Virus record (IMG/VR): IMGVR_UViG_3300033121_001571
Direction: 5' to 3' (one strand)
DNA: 64,000 nucleotides
Source: a virus
Lineage: Duplodnaviria > Caudoviricetes
In this document: one piece after another, positions 1-10,353 of the stretch
How the letters are laid out: every line of letters starts with the position of its first letter
Position numbering within the stretch: the stretch's first letter is position 1
The notes under the pieces: model-generated
What the model was told of the DNA's origin: nothing
Seen by the model: only the letters and a program-made list of their open reading frames with translations
Databases searched by the model: none
Translations under genes and position numbers: made by a program

Positions 1-1
1 A

Positions 2-2947
2 AATCTTTATGAGAATTCTCCAAATTTTAGTTCTGGATCTTTCTTTGTTTCGGGCACACAAATAACTGAAGTTGGTGATGGGTTATCACAATCACTTAGA
101 TCTAAATCAAAGATCAAAATCAACTTGTCAGTAGAAAACAACGTTGTTGTTTTACCAGAAACAGCATCAATGTACTACTATAACAGAAATATGCACACGT
201 GGAACATACCCGTAAATTCTAGTTACACAATCACCAACACTAGCACAACAAACAACTCTGGAATTTCAAAGGGTGATCTTGCAAACCCAACCGTAGATTC
301 TTCTAACATCAGATTGCTGGAAGATGCGAGAGGATGGGGACCAGTCGGTAACACGGTCACTTCTGGTACAGTTAGTCCTGGTTCAACTGAAGCTCAAACT
401 GATGAAGTTATTAACTCAACATTTTCACTCAACAACGTTTCTATTGCGTTGACTCAAGAACTGAACAACTCTATCACAAAAAATGCAAATTACGAAGCAG
501 CAAAACAAGAACTTATTCCTATAGACATTGATTATCCGTTTGTTGTAGAAAAAGCAACAATCGATATTCCACTTTGTTTTGGTTCAAGGTGGTTCTTAGA
601 TAAGACTTCTACATTTATTCCTCTTGAAACTAGAACAGGAAATAACTTTGATTTTGGTGGTCCAGCACTTACTGTTGGTCTTATGTGTCAACACAAATTT
701 GCAACAGGTTCTCTAAGAGACGTAATATTGACGGGCACTATCACACATGCAAATGATAACGTTTCTAACATTGTTTTCTCAAATTTCCCTGATATCACTC
801 TGTCGCCAGAGTCTGGAACTTATCAGATTAGAAGAGAGGGATTTCTAGCATTTTCCTCTAATCCTTCAGCGGTAATTCCGTACACGGGTGGAGCATTTTC
901 TGGTACTGTTTCTATGAACCTAGAAGCGCAAGTTTCAAATGGCGTTTCAACTGTGTTGAAGATGCGGATGAATAGTAGCAACACTGCGATAAACAGATCT
1001 GGTGTTTTAGATCTGTTTAATTTGCGTGAAATAGACCTTGCGTCATCTTATGCATCTTTAATCACTCAATCTGTAAGAATTGGTTATGTCAATAACTTTG
1101 GTAGAGCAGGCACTGGATTTGAACCATCATGTCGCTCTATATTTGGAAAAGAATTCACGACATATCAAAATTCAAGTAGTAAATCTAGAAATCCTTTCTT
1201 TTTGACTGAATCAAATGGCACTATGACATTTGGAAACCTTTTTAACACTATGCCATCTTATTACAGGCACTTTGCAAATAACATTTGTAGCGGTTCAAGA
1301 TTTATTGCACACACCGTTGTGCCGCTTCAGACAACAAAACCATCTCCTTATCTCTTGCTTCCAGGAGATAAACTTGTTCTTGCATTGTCAAAGACAAAAC
1401 CATTCATGTTTTCTAGTTTATCAAATTGGACATCAGGAACTGTAACCCACGATGTCACATTGATGACTGGAACAATATCAATCACTCTTTATGGATCATA
1501 TCTAAGAGAAAACAAAGAAATTTCTATAGAAACAGATAAAACATATCAAACAGATGATGTCTTCACGGTTATTGGTGATGAACCAGTTCTTGATGAATTT
1601 GATTTTAACTACAGTCTTGCGTATGCAAGTAGCACTTTTGACGATTACGTCGCTGGTGATATGATTTCTAGATACAGAACGCCTGATGGTTCTGTAAAAT
1701 TTGTAACTGGTTCAATACTTGGATTTGTAAATGGCTCACCAAACAGCTACGGTACAAGAGGAAGAGTCTTCGGCAAAAATTCTGCTAGGTATAGTTCTCA
1801 GCCTGGGACAACACTATTTGATTTTACACGCTCTAGAAGCTATAGAGCGCAACCTAATATCGAACGAGCAGGATATAGTAACATTTCTCAACACGATTGC
1901 ACGAGTGAAAGGTATTGGGACTCTTGTGTACCGTCATTCGATCAGTGCATGTCGAGAGATTCTACTGGAATATTTGTTTTCGCGTCACAGTCACAAGCAG
2001 GCGTGATTGGTGATCTAACAACAACTGATCAAGACTGTGGTTATCTTCTATTTGATTTTATCTTGTCTGGGTGGAATGACTCAATTCATCCAGTTGTTAA
2101 CTCCAACTGGACAAAAGCATATCCTTTTGAACCAAGATATTCAACGGTTATTCGTCAAGAGACTCCAAGTAAAATTTTCACAGCAAATTATTCTATGACA
2201 GTAGCAGGTACAAGTCCTAACTTTACTTACGCTCTGTCTTCTATTGCAAGAAAACAAGTCACTGGCCTTTTCTTTGGTCCTGTGGGAACTAGAAATCCAA
2301 GCGTCCCATCGATTGATCCTGTTGTTAACAACCCATCTTCATATAACCCAAGAAATTTGATTGTAAGTGATGCGTTTTTAGTTTCAGATGGTGCAACTAC
2401 AAATTTGACTACATCTGTTGGAAGTAACGATTTCTTGAAATGTGTGTATGGATTTGGTGATCTTAACACAATGATGTCAACAAGTCTTGGCACCGGAAAC
2501 ACAGTTATAGGAACAAATCACTTTGCAGATTTTAGAAATAAGTTTTTAGACACAAACAACTTTGGTACTAATTTTTCAGTATCGCCTGTCATAAGAGGAT
2601 GGAAATATGGTCTTGTTTCTGCAACTCCAACGTTCACTAAGTGTGTCTTCAGAAGAAATAAATTTGGACAATTTAGAGACATGCTTGAACAAAGAGTTTA
2701 CACTAGGTTCAACAATCCAAGTGAAAGCGATATATCAACATCACCAGTAACTATTCGATTTGTAAAACCTGATGGCACAACAACAGATCCAGAAAACACT
2801 TGGTCTCAAAATGTGAGCACAGAAGCTACGTCTTCTGTTCCTTATTTTGACGGAGAGACAAGAAACAGACAAGAAGTTAATCCTCAGATTGTCAATTCTT
2901 CGATAGTAACAGTCAAGTTAGCGACAAACAACTTAGTTGAGATATGA
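2..2947 (+). CDS. Large virion structural protein (5'-partial; frame open from window start)
   Basis: The 940-aa ORF is Ser/Thr/Gly/Asn-rich, and its frame is open back to base 2. It is first in a tightly coupled + strand run with tail-fibre-like genes. Confidence 0.55.
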   Translation, partial: NLYENSPNFSSGSFFVSGTQITEVGDGLSQSLRSKSKIKINLSVENNVVVLPETASMYYYNRNMHTWNIPVNSSYTITNTSTTNNSGISKGDLANPTVDSSNIRLLEDARGWGPVGNTVTSGTVSPGSTEAQTDEVINSTFSLNNVSIALTQELNNSITKNANYEAAKQELIPIDIDYPFVVEKATIDIPLCFGSRWFLDKTSTFIPLETRTGNNFDFGGPALTVGLMCQHKFATGSLRDVILTGTITHANDNVSNIVFSNFPDITLSPESGTYQIRREGFLAFSSNPSAVIPYTGGAFSGTVSMNLEAQVSNGVSTVLKMRMNSSNTAINRSGVLDLFNLREIDLASSYASLITQSVRIGYVNNFGRAGTGFEPSCRSIFGKEFTTYQNSSSKSRNPFFLTESNGTMTFGNLFNTMPSYYRHFANNICSGSRFIAHTVVPLQTTKPSPYLLLPGDKLVLALSKTKPFMFSSLSNWTSGTVTHDVTLMTGTISITLYGSYLRENKEISIETDKTYQTDDVFTVIGDEPVLDEFDFNYSLAYASSTFDDYVAGDMISRYRTPDGSVKFVTGSILGFVNGSPNSYGTRGRVFGKNSARYSSQPGTTLFDFTRSRSYRAQPNIERAGYSNISQHDCTSERYWDSCVPSFDQCMSRDSTGIFVFASQSQAGVIGDLTTTDQDCGYLLFDFILSGWNDSIHPVVNSNWTKAYPFEPRYSTVIRQETPSKIFTANYSMTVAGTSPNFTYALSSIARKQVTGLFFGPVGTRNPSVPSIDPVVNNPSSYNPRNLIVSDAFLVSDGATTNLTTSVGSNDFLKCVYGFGDLNTMMSTSLGTGNTVIGTNHFADFRNKFLDTNNFGTNFSVSPVIRGWKYGLVSATPTFTKCVFRRNKFGQFRDMLEQRVYTRFNNPSESDISTSPVTIRFVKPDGTTTDPENTWSQNVSTEATSSVPYFDGETRNRQEVNPQIVNSSIVTVKLATNNLVEI

Positions 2948-4185
2948 CCGTTAAGACACTAGACGTAAATGAGTCAATCTTTGTCGTAGTAAAAGACAAC
3001 ATTACTAACGAAATATCTAGAGTTGCAATCCAACATGACACTCAAGTTGGATTAAAAAATAAACCATCTGAATTATCTTTGCATGGTCGATTATCGTATA
3101 AAGTACGAGAATTTAAAACAGATAGCAAGAATGATGGCAATTGTTACGTTGATCCAAATGATTGCGTCATACTCGTGTATGTTGATAAAGTTCCTGTTTC
3201 TAGTAAAGTAAATGTTTATCTTCCAGAGTCTTGTCGCAATGGACAAACTATTACTATTAAAGATTCATCATTTACAGCAAATGTTTATCCCATAAATGTT
3301 TATGCTAAAGACTCACAAATTGATCAATTTAGTTCACACACTGTATCTGACGTTGGGTCAACTTGTACTTTTGTTTTTTATGATACAAGATGGTATATCA
3401 TCAATTCTGGAATAGCTACGTATTTAACTGGTACAAGTGGAGGCAGCGGAGCACCAACAAATGCTTCTTATTTAGTTCTTGGCACTAATGCTTCTCTCAC
3501 GAATGAGAGATTATTTTCAGCAAGCAACGGATTAATTGGCACAGATTACGGAGCAAATGTTAGATACGCTCTTGAAATAAACCAAAGCATTGTTCCAACG
3601 TTCACAGCTTCTATTAACAGTTTTACTGGAATTTTGTCTGCTGAAAATGGATTTTCTGGATCATTAACGAGATTAACAAGTGGAATTTCATATATCCAAG
3701 CTGGTACTGGTATCTCTGTTGTATCACAAAGTAATGGTTCAATCACAATATCATCGACGGTGTCAGGAAGTCAGTTAAATCCTGTGCCTTTCATAGTACC
3801 CATATTGAATAGCAGAACAACAGTGTCTACTAACGTTTTTGATGATGTTGCAGCATTTGAATTTAATCCAACAGGAATAGAGACTATGGCTCCCAGTGGT
3901 AGCACTAGATGGTCAGCATTCTTTAGACCGATTGTAGAGGTTTATCCAACTGGATCTGTTGTAGAAACTCGCTTGTATAACGTCACCGCAAGCCGAGTTG
4001 TTACGAATTCTTTGTTGTCTAGTTCTGCAATGACTGTGACTCGGTTGTCAAGTAGAGATCTAACAGGAAGTCTAGCAAATGGAACAAATTTATACACGAT
4101 GCAGATGCGTCTTCAGTCTGGCGGACAAAATGTTTTTGCAACTGCAAAAGGCGCGTCTTTGTTTGTAACTTGGTTTTTTTCATAA
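2944..4185 (+). CDS. Tail-fibre-like structural protein
   Basis: ATGA overlap with the upstream gene. Contains 'VYLPES..NGQTITIKD', 'GAPTNASYLVL..NASLTNER' and 'AGTGISV' segments typical of phage fibre proteins. Confidence 0.55.
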   Translation: MTVKTLDVNESIFVVVKDNITNEISRVAIQHDTQVGLKNKPSELSLHGRLSYKVREFKTDSKNDGNCYVDPNDCVILVYVDKVPVSSKVNVYLPESCRNGQTITIKDSSFTANVYPINVYAKDSQIDQFSSHTVSDVGSTCTFVFYDTRWYIINSGIATYLTGTSGGSGAPTNASYLVLGTNASLTNERLFSASNGLIGTDYGANVRYALEINQSIVPTFTASINSFTGILSAENGFSGSLTRLTSGISYIQAGTGISVVSQSNGSITISSTVSGSQLNPVPFIVPILNSRTTVSTNVFDDVAAFEFNPTGIETMAPSGSTRWSAFFRPIVEVYPTGSVVETRLYNVTASRVVTNSLLSSSAMTVTRLSSRDLTGSLANGTNLYTMQMRLQSGGQNVFATAKGASLFVTWFFS

Positions 4186-4204
4186 TTAGATTAGAAGGGT
4201 TTAG

Positions 4205-5353
4205 ATGGCAGGTCCAATAGTCGGCACGATTGAACACTACTTTGCAGGTGCGGGTTTAACTACGGCATCAGTGCAGACGTTTTTTGTCAACTGTTACAAC
4301 TTTTTAAATAACAACACGGGATCACTTGGTGTTCAGAGAATTGCTTTTAACACTGGTTCACAAGACACTGGTATGACGTTGACAAGAGGTATGAATTTTT
4401 ATGATCAATCAAATCCTGCAGGTCAGAACGCATTTGCTTGTTTTAGATTCTTAAGCGCATCAGTACCGTTTGATGTGCTAATTCAGTGGACGGGTGGATC
4501 TGCGGCAGGAACAGCCCCAGGTGCACCAGCACAAATAAATGGATCTACGCCAACAAACACATTTGGCATTGCTTTTGCACAAAGATCTGGAAGTACAGCT
4601 TGGGGTGGTACAACTGGAAATGCTGGGTCTGATGCAAAATCAACACCAGTTTGGACATCTGGTGCTGTTGAACAAGCGTACTATCCAAGAAGTAATGATG
4701 GCGTTAGAGCTGGAACTCACGCTGCATCAAGACAAAACATGATGGGTTTCAGCGTTGGTTCTTCAACTGATTATAGAGCACATTTCATAGCTGATTATGA
4801 TCACTTAGCTATACTTTATGACGCTGGTGCAGATGGAACATATGATATGATATTTTTTGGAACTTACACGCCTATGTCAGGATTGAGTCCAACTATTCCA
4901 TACTTTGCATTCCATGCAAATGCATCTATAGCCCCTGCAGCCGCGACAGCATATGGAACAACAGTGGGAAACGTTCCAAATGGTGCTGTGCCGTATCCTA
5001 ACACAGCAGTATCTGGCACTTGTTCTGTTGGATTTGATCGTTTAGGTACTGGGTTTTTACAAAACTCAAACGCTCAAGCAAATAAAGCATTTGCAACTCC
5101 ACGTTGGGATGAGTTTCCTGTCGTTGTTGGCATATTTGAGTCGCCTTCACAAGTTGGAATGTTGGGACAACACAACACTTTTCTTAGAGAAGTCTATAAC
5201 ATAGCAGTGCATGACACAAATGGTGATGGTTCTAGAGCGGTGTTTGGATCGTCACTGACATTAGCAACTGTCAAGATGACACTGCCATTTCACACTGGCA
5301 CGACGCCAGGTTCAGGTGTCACAAGAACTGGTGTTCGTTTTAGCGTACCTTGA
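4205..5353 (+). CDS. Putative virion structural protein (Gly/Ala/Thr-rich)
   Basis: 382-aa ORF in the structural operon. The call rests on composition and context only. Confidence 0.45.
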   Translation: MAGPIVGTIEHYFAGAGLTTASVQTFFVNCYNFLNNNTGSLGVQRIAFNTGSQDTGMTLTRGMNFYDQSNPAGQNAFACFRFLSASVPFDVLIQWTGGSAAGTAPGAPAQINGSTPTNTFGIAFAQRSGSTAWGGTTGNAGSDAKSTPVWTSGAVEQAYYPRSNDGVRAGTHAASRQNMMGFSVGSSTDYRAHFIADYDHLAILYDAGADGTYDMIFFGTYTPMSGLSPTIPYFAFHANASIAPAAATAYGTTVGNVPNGAVPYPNTAVSGTCSVGFDRLGTGFLQNSNAQANKAFATPRWDEFPVVVGIFESPSQVGMLGQHNTFLREVYNIAVHDTNGDGSRAVFGSSLTLATVKMTLPFHTGTTPGSGVTRTGVRFSVP

Positions 5354-5363
5354 TTGGAACAAA

Positions 5364-5600
5364 ATGGCAGCTAGAAACACCGGTTCAATAGGAACACTTA
5401 ACATCACAAATGTTAATAACCTTGGTGATAGAAACTTTAATATCGTGCAGACAACTGTACAAAGTGTATTGTATAAGATGAGAGGTTATAACGCTAGCAC
5501 AACTCAATTTGAACATTGGGTCTCATATTCACCAACAACTCCGCCACCGTCTGGTGCAAGTCTTCAGAACATAGCAATTGCAGTTATTTTGACTATTTGA
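5364..5600 (+). CDS. Small hypothetical, probably structural, protein
   Basis: ATG (MAARNTG...) lies 10 nt after the upstream stop and avoids the overlap given in the ORF track. Confidence 0.5.
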   Translation: MAARNTGSIGTLNITNVNNLGDRNFNIVQTTVQSVLYKMRGYNASTTQFEHWVSYSPTTPPPSGASLQNIAIAVILTI

Positions 5601-5793
5601 TCTCAACTTCAACTAATTGAAGTTGTAAGTCAAGAAGTCTGAAATTTTCGATCTTTTCTTCTTCAGAAGATTTTGGTTCTTGGTTTACAACAATCACATC
5701 ATCTTGGTCGTTAAAAAGATCAATGATCACCATGTTTTTAAGTATCTCCTTAATTCCTCTCAGTGACACACAGAATATTCATTACACTTGGCT

Positions 5794-6996
5794 TTAGGTA
5801 CCCTCACCCACCGCTCGAAGAATATTCTGTGCCGCCCCTGAGGGGAGGCAACCGTCCTTTAACAGGCTCTGGATATACTCTGAACTCGAGGTGAACTTCT
5901 TGTCATACATCAAGAACATTGGTGTAGTCCACACTCCGCTTTTGAGAACCAGTTCTGCAAAGTGTTTCTTGCTGACGGCTTCAGCTCGAAATTCGTGAAA
6001 CAAATGATCGATTTCTAGAAGAGTCTTTGCAAGTTTTGCTCTGATTCTGTTGATGTTGTTAACGGTTTCTGAATCTAGAAGAGGAATAACATCATCAATT
6101 GTGTTGTTAACGATAGCTTCAATCAAGTTTTTCTTCGAAGCACACACGTTACTCTTTGCTCTAGACAGCAAATTCCACGATGGGTGTTTGATCTTCAGTC
6201 TGTTGAAGTTTTTGTCTACGACAACAACGCCTTCGAATTTAGAAGGATCATTTGAATTGACGTAGTCAATGATCTCTTTCGTGAAACGAAGATTCCAACT
6301 ACGTGGAATTGGAATCATATCAGATAGTTTTTCGATGTTTTCTTCTTTTCCGTCAGAATTTCTGATAGCTAGAAGCGTCACTCTAGTGTCTGGGTAGAAC
6401 ACTACTACTTGATTGTAGGGCGATGTCAGTTCGAATACGTAAGTTTTTTCTTTGTCAAAGTTTGACATCCACTCTTCGTAAGAAAGAGTCAACTTCAAAG
6501 ATTCGAATGTGTTTTGTAATCCCTTGAAGAACAGATCACTAAAAGTGATATCTTGATCATTGATTGGAAGATCTGCTTCCGAAATCGATCTTGTGGCTAC
6601 GAACCATTTGTTCGTATCGAAATACATTGAACACATAGTGCCGTCAAGTTTTTCGAAAACTTTAGAAGAATTCCAATCAATTTGTGCCGCTGCAGGGTCA
6701 CCATAGTTAAAAAATCGGTTCAATGGCCAATTGATCACGTAACCGTCAATATTGATATTTTGCCAACTTGAGGGATTTTCTTTGATTCTTTTGCAAGAAT
6801 CATCAGATAGTTTGATAACAACGCCTCGACACGAGGATGCAATATTGTCTTCATTTTTAGCAGTGAGCATGTCATAATTTAAAGACACTTTTGTCTTGTC
6901 GTTTGATAGTTTTGCACACACTCCATGGTTTTCCTCTAGAGAATTTAGAGTGTTACAACGAAGAAAATCAAGCACAATGTGATTTGTGTTTTTCAC
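5794..6996 (-). CDS. RNA ligase, T4 Rnl1-like
   Basis: Motifs RFFNYG, EKLDGT (motif I KxDG), ATRS, YVFELTSP.N.VVV.Y, EGVVV and KIK. Likely GTG start at 6996. Confidence 0.9.
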   Translation of the reverse strand: MKNTNHIVLDFLRCNTLNSLEENHGVCAKLSNDKTKVSLNYDMLTAKNEDNIASSCRGVVIKLSDDSCKRIKENPSSWQNINIDGYVINWPLNRFFNYGDPAAAQIDWNSSKVFEKLDGTMCSMYFDTNKWFVATRSISEADLPINDQDITFSDLFFKGLQNTFESLKLTLSYEEWMSNFDKEKTYVFELTSPYNQVVVFYPDTRVTLLAIRNSDGKEENIEKLSDMIPIPRSWNLRFTKEIIDYVNSNDPSKFEGVVVVDKNFNRLKIKHPSWNLLSRAKSNVCASKKNLIEAIVNNTIDDVIPLLDSETVNNINRIRAKLAKTLLEIDHLFHEFRAEAVSKKHFAELVLKSGVWTTPMFLMYDKKFTSSSEYIQSLLKDGCLPSGAAQNILRAVGEGT

Positions 6997-7420
6997 GTGT
7001 CTTCTTTTTGCAGATTGTCTTACGACAGATAGCACCTTTTGCCGTAATACCACACAGGGTTTTAAGGTTCACTTGAAAAGTACGGTGTGTTGTCTTCTTG
7101 TGAGTGTCGTGTGTTAAGACAAATTCAACAAAAGAATCTTTTTCTCGAGAAACATAGATCAACTTAGCGATATCATTAGCTTTTTTGTAATCTAGATCTT
7201 GGATCTCTACACAATATAGGTTTTGTTTTTTATCAGTGCTGTTGTGTACACACCAAGTTCCGTTTTTTGTATCATATACTTTTGCTATGTCTTCTAATAA
7301 AATTCTGATTTTTCTGACAGAAAGTCTGTAAGCATTGTGAGAAAAATAGAAACACAGTAACCTCAGTTTTGAGGTTGTTTTTCTTACGAAGACTTTGTTT
7401 AAGTTTGTTCTATACGCCAT
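6968..7420 (-). CDS. Hypothetical protein
   Basis: 150-aa ORF in a - strand operon. Confidence 0.5.
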   Translation of the reverse strand: MAYRTNLNKVFVRKTTSKLRLLCFYFSHNAYRLSVRKIRILLEDIAKVYDTKNGTWCVHNSTDKKQNLYCVEIQDLDYKKANDIAKLIYVSREKDSFVEFVLTHDTHKKTTHRTFQVNLKTLCGITAKGAICRKTICKKKTREKHKSHCA

Positions 7421-7443
7421 AGATGTTTTTGAGTGATTAGAGA

Positions 7444-7755
7444 TCAGTTTTTTTCTATTGTTGAAAACAATTCGTGCATTGAAGCCAAATAACGAACTTC
7501 TTCAGCGCAATCTAATTCTTCATAATCACCTTCTGAATTTCTCTTTTTGACTATATTTTCAGCAGCACACTTGTCACAAGTGTGTGTCTTGTCAATTTTG
7601 TTGATCAATGTGGAAACTGACTCGTTGCAATACAAACACTGATCTAGTTTTACCATAATGACTTTAATGAGTTTTATCATAGTAGAAGCAAACACCTTGA
7701 TTGATTCTTGGTTCTTTAGGAGAAGATCTAATACTTTCTTAGTATCATCATTCAT
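7444..7755 (-). CDS. Hypothetical protein with CxxC...CxxC
   Basis: Start is probably MNDDTKK, immediately after tRNA-Gly; the upstream part of the ORF-track call overlaps the tRNA. Confidence 0.55.
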   Translation of the reverse strand: MNDDTKKVLDLLLKNQESIKVFASTMIKLIKVIMVKLDQCLYCNESVSTLINKIDKTHTCDKCAAENIVKKRNSEGDYEELDCAEEVRYLASMHELFSTIEKN

Positions 7756-7830
7756 GGAGCAGACGATCGGACTTGAACCGACACCATGCAGCTTGGAAGG
7801 CTGCAGCCCTACCAATTAGACCACGTCTGC
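7755..7830 (-). tRNA. tRNA-Gly(TCC)
   Basis: Cloverleaf; anticodon arm GCAGC-CTTCCAA-GCTGC; encoded CCA. Confidence 0.92.
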
Positions 7831-7831
7831 G

Positions 7832-7906
7832 TGGAGCAGGTGAAGGGAATCGAACCCTTGAAGTTCTCCCTGGCAAGGAGATGCACTACCATTATGCGAC
7901 ACCTGC
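7832..7906 (-). tRNA. tRNA-Gly(GCC)
   Basis: Anticodon arm TCTCC-TTGCCAG-GGAGA; GGTTCGATTCC T arm; CCA. Confidence 0.92.
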
Positions 7907-8317
7907 TTGTGTCTTATAGAATAACTAATACTTTCTAGATAGAGTGTATTGCTCTTCTTTGAGCAATGAAACGATAAATTCCCCTGTCTTACAAGCACTC
8001 TTGTCTTTGACGTACTGATCAACAGAATCAAGTGCTTCTTTGAGAAGTTTCATCTTTTCTTTTTCAGAAGCACCTGCCTCTAAGTGTTCATTGATGTTGC
8101 TGATCGGATTAATCTGACAGATGTAACACATTAGCAGTAAATTTCCTGTACGTTGAAGATTGTTTGTTGACGACAACTTGGGCACGTGTGAACATGCACG
8201 CCTGGACGATAGACCATAAATTGAGGTGGATTATGACTTGGATCATGACATAAATTTTTCCATGTATTTTCTTTTTCTGAATTTTTCAATTTGTTATCTT
8301 TGTTCACAAACACTTTG

Positions 8318-8402
8318 CGGTAACTACAGGATTTGAACCTGTGGACCCTTTCGGATCGCCTGTTTAGCAAACAGGTGCCTTAAGCCTCTCGGCCAAGTTA
8401 CC
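8318..8402 (-). tRNA. tRNA-Ser(GCT)
   Basis: CCTGT-TTGCTAA-ACAGG with a long variable arm. Confidence 0.92.
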
Positions 8403-8424
8403 AACTTAAATTTCCAACATTTAG

Positions 8425-8510
8425 TGGAAATGGAGGGAGTCGAACCTTCAAGGGCTTTTGACCTCAACTGTTTTCTAGACAGCTGCCATCACCAATTGGC
8501 TTGCACTTCC
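8425..8510 (-). tRNA. tRNA-Ser(AGA), A34 anticodon
   Basis: GCTGT-CTAGAAA-ACAGT with a long variable arm and GGTTCGACT T arm. Confidence 0.8.
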
Positions 8511-8511
8511 T

Positions 8512-8600
8512 TGGAGGAAACGGTGAGATTCGAACTCACGGATGTTTTTAGCATCTGCGGTTTTCAAGACCGCCGCCTTAAACCACTCGGCCACGTTTCC
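8512..8600 (-). tRNA. tRNA-Ser(TGA)
   Basis: GCGGT-CTTGAAA-ACCGC with a long variable arm; CCA. Confidence 0.92.
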
Positions 8601-8726
8601 ATTAACTTCAATGATTTTCTGCAGTGTGAGACCAATAACACCAAACACAGATCAACTCTTTGCAGAAGAGGCACTTCCAAACGTCTTTTTCAAAGACATT
8701 TTTTCCGCAGCTGCACTGAACGTATT

Positions 8727-9038
8727 TCAAATGACCTCTTCAAAAACTTCCTCTAGAGAGAGCTCGTATTTGTCGTCATCATTGACTGGAGGTGCATCAT
8801 CTGCTGACGGATCACACAGTCCCGGCGTGATGACGACAAATACGTTATCTTTCACAGTGATGACAACTTCTTGCTGCCCCTGCCTACAAGTGTCGTCCTC
8901 TTTCACAGAATCTGTCTCTACCGCTGACGGTTCTTCTTCGTAGACTACGACATCGTCTACTTTCTTCTTACTAGAGAAACTGTGTGAATTTTCACATGCA
9001 CTCAAGAGAAGAGTAAGTAGAACAATCAGCTTCTTCAT
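8727..9038 (-). CDS. Putative lipoprotein
   Basis: MKKLIVLLTLLLSAC signal peptide with an LSAC lipobox. Confidence 0.65.
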   Translation of the reverse strand: MKKLIVLLTLLLSACENSHSFSSKKKVDDVVVYEEEPSAVETDSVKEDDTCRQGQQEVVITVKDNVFVVITPGLCDPSADDAPPVNDDDKYELSLEEVFEEVI

Positions 9039-9059
9039 ATGGATATATTAACACGTTGA

Positions 9060-9320
9060 TCAGCGTTTTTCACTCCTGCGGGAGCTTTTTATTTCTTTTG
9101 CTTCGATTAGCTTCAGAAGTCTTGCTCTCTGTTTTTTTGCACCGACTCCTACTCCGAGCCTGACGTCCAGTTGCTCCAACTGTTGTTCAGCGGAAAGTGA
9201 TCTCCACGCAGCATCTCTCTCTATAGCTTCTTTTCGCTTTAGATCAGTAAGATCTGGTCGAGGACCTCCACCCTTGTACTTTCTATAGTTGTTTTTCTTG
9301 CCACTCTTCAGTATGTCCAT
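9060..9320 (-). CDS. Small basic hypothetical protein in the tRNA array
   Basis: 86 aa, Lys/Arg-rich; starts just after tRNA-Arg. Confidence 0.6.
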   Translation of the reverse strand: MDILKSGKKNNYRKYKGGGPRPDLTDLKRKEAIERDAAWRSLSAEQQLEQLDVRLGVGVGAKKQRARLLKLIEAKEIKSSRRSEKR

Positions 9321-9322
9321 CG

Positions 9323-9394
9323 CGCTTCCGGCCTGAATTGAACAGGCACACCCAGCTTAGGAGGCTAGTGTTCTCTCCGTTAAACTACGGAAGC
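9323..9394 (-). tRNA. tRNA-Arg(CCT)
   Basis: CTAGC-CTCCTAA-GCTGG. Confidence 0.88.
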
Positions 9395-9399
9395 ATCTT

Positions 9400-10197
9400 T
9401 TAGTCGCAGTCTTCAGCAACAATTTCTGCTCTTATCTTCATAAGAATCTTACCCAGATGATTCTGACCCTCACCTTTACAGACACCCCAGAAGTTATCTC
9501 CCCACCAATTACCTTCAATTATTCGAGCGTCTCCAGTCTGGAGAAGAAGCTCTCTTAGCATTGGATTTTTGAACTTTTCTCTTACTAGATCTTCCATAAT
9601 GCTAAGCTTTTTAGCATCCCAATCACTTGGTAACTTAGCAGCTGCACCAAGTTTTTTAGCTACATAAGGACTTTGTTGTTCTCTTATCAGATTAATTGTT
9701 TCTTCGTCTGAAAACTTTGATGCTTGGTATGCGTGCTCTACAGAGCGCCAGAGTTTACCGTTGTACTTGATGTTACAAGCATACATGTTAGATAAAAATC
9801 TATAGTTGTCTTTAAATACAGATATCACAGAAGGAGTACATGGTTTTCCTATGTAAATTTGGATGTCAAGGTTAGAGACAGTCTCTATGATGAATTCAGT
9901 TTTCTGAATATCAGAATAAAAAAGCGCAATATCGGTGATTGGTTCGTGTTTTTCGTTCTCTGCGTCTAAAAACTCTATTAAAGCATTTTTTGTGAATGCA
10001 GAAGTTTCTGCAAAACGTTCGGAACGAAATCGACGTGATTTAAGCTTGTATCTAGCACATAGATCTACAACTATGTCTTGAAAACCAAATCCTGCTCTAA
10101 CTAAGCATATAGTGTCATTGGGAAGAGTCTTAACATAAGATTCTATAGATTCAATATCCCTCCACGATCTCTGCCCAAGGAACATTATTTTTTTCAC
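9400..10197 (-). CDS. SLOG (DUF2493/YspA-like) - NADAR (YbiA-like) fusion protein
   Basis: C-terminal FLSNMY, SVEHAYQASKF, REKF, LLQTG, IEGNWWGDNFWG and GQNHLGKILMKIR are NADAR motifs. N-terminal 'FLGQRSWRD' resembles SLOG. GTG start at 10197 avoids the tRNA overlap. Confidence 0.85.
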   Translation of the reverse strand: MKKIMFLGQRSWRDIESIESYVKTLPNDTICLVRAGFGFQDIVVDLCARYKLKSRRFRSERFAETSAFTKNALIEFLDAENEKHEPITDIALFYSDIQKTEFIIETVSNLDIQIYIGKPCTPSVISVFKDNYRFLSNMYACNIKYNGKLWRSVEHAYQASKFSDEETINLIREQQSPYVAKKLGAAAKLPSDWDAKKLSIMEDLVREKFKNPMLRELLLQTGDARIIEGNWWGDNFWGVCKGEGQNHLGKILMKIRAEIVAEDCD

Positions 10198-10199
10198 AG

Positions 10200-10269
10200 T
10201 GCCAGTTAAGAGAATCGAACTCTTCACGAGGTGTTTATGATACACCTTCTCAGACCACTGAAAACTGGC
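10200..10269 (-). tRNA. tRNA-Met/Ile2(CAT) with atypical D arm
   Basis: GGTGT-ATCATAA-ACACC; GAGTTCGATTCTC T arm. Confidence 0.7.
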
Positions 10270-10275
10270 TTATTG

Positions 10276-10347
10276 TGATCCCAGTGGGATTTGAACCCTA
10301 CAACTCCTGTTTGAGGGACAGGTGACTTACCATTTGTCGATGGGACC
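10276..10347 (-). tRNA. tRNA-Glu(CTC)
   Basis: CCTGT-CCCTCAA-ACAGG. Confidence 0.85.
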
Positions 10348-10353
10348 TCACTG

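Noticed and set aside
8425-8510. Amber suppressor reading (CTA) of the tRNA at 8425
   Set aside because: Stem pairing GCTGT/ACAGT centres the loop on AGA, not CTA.
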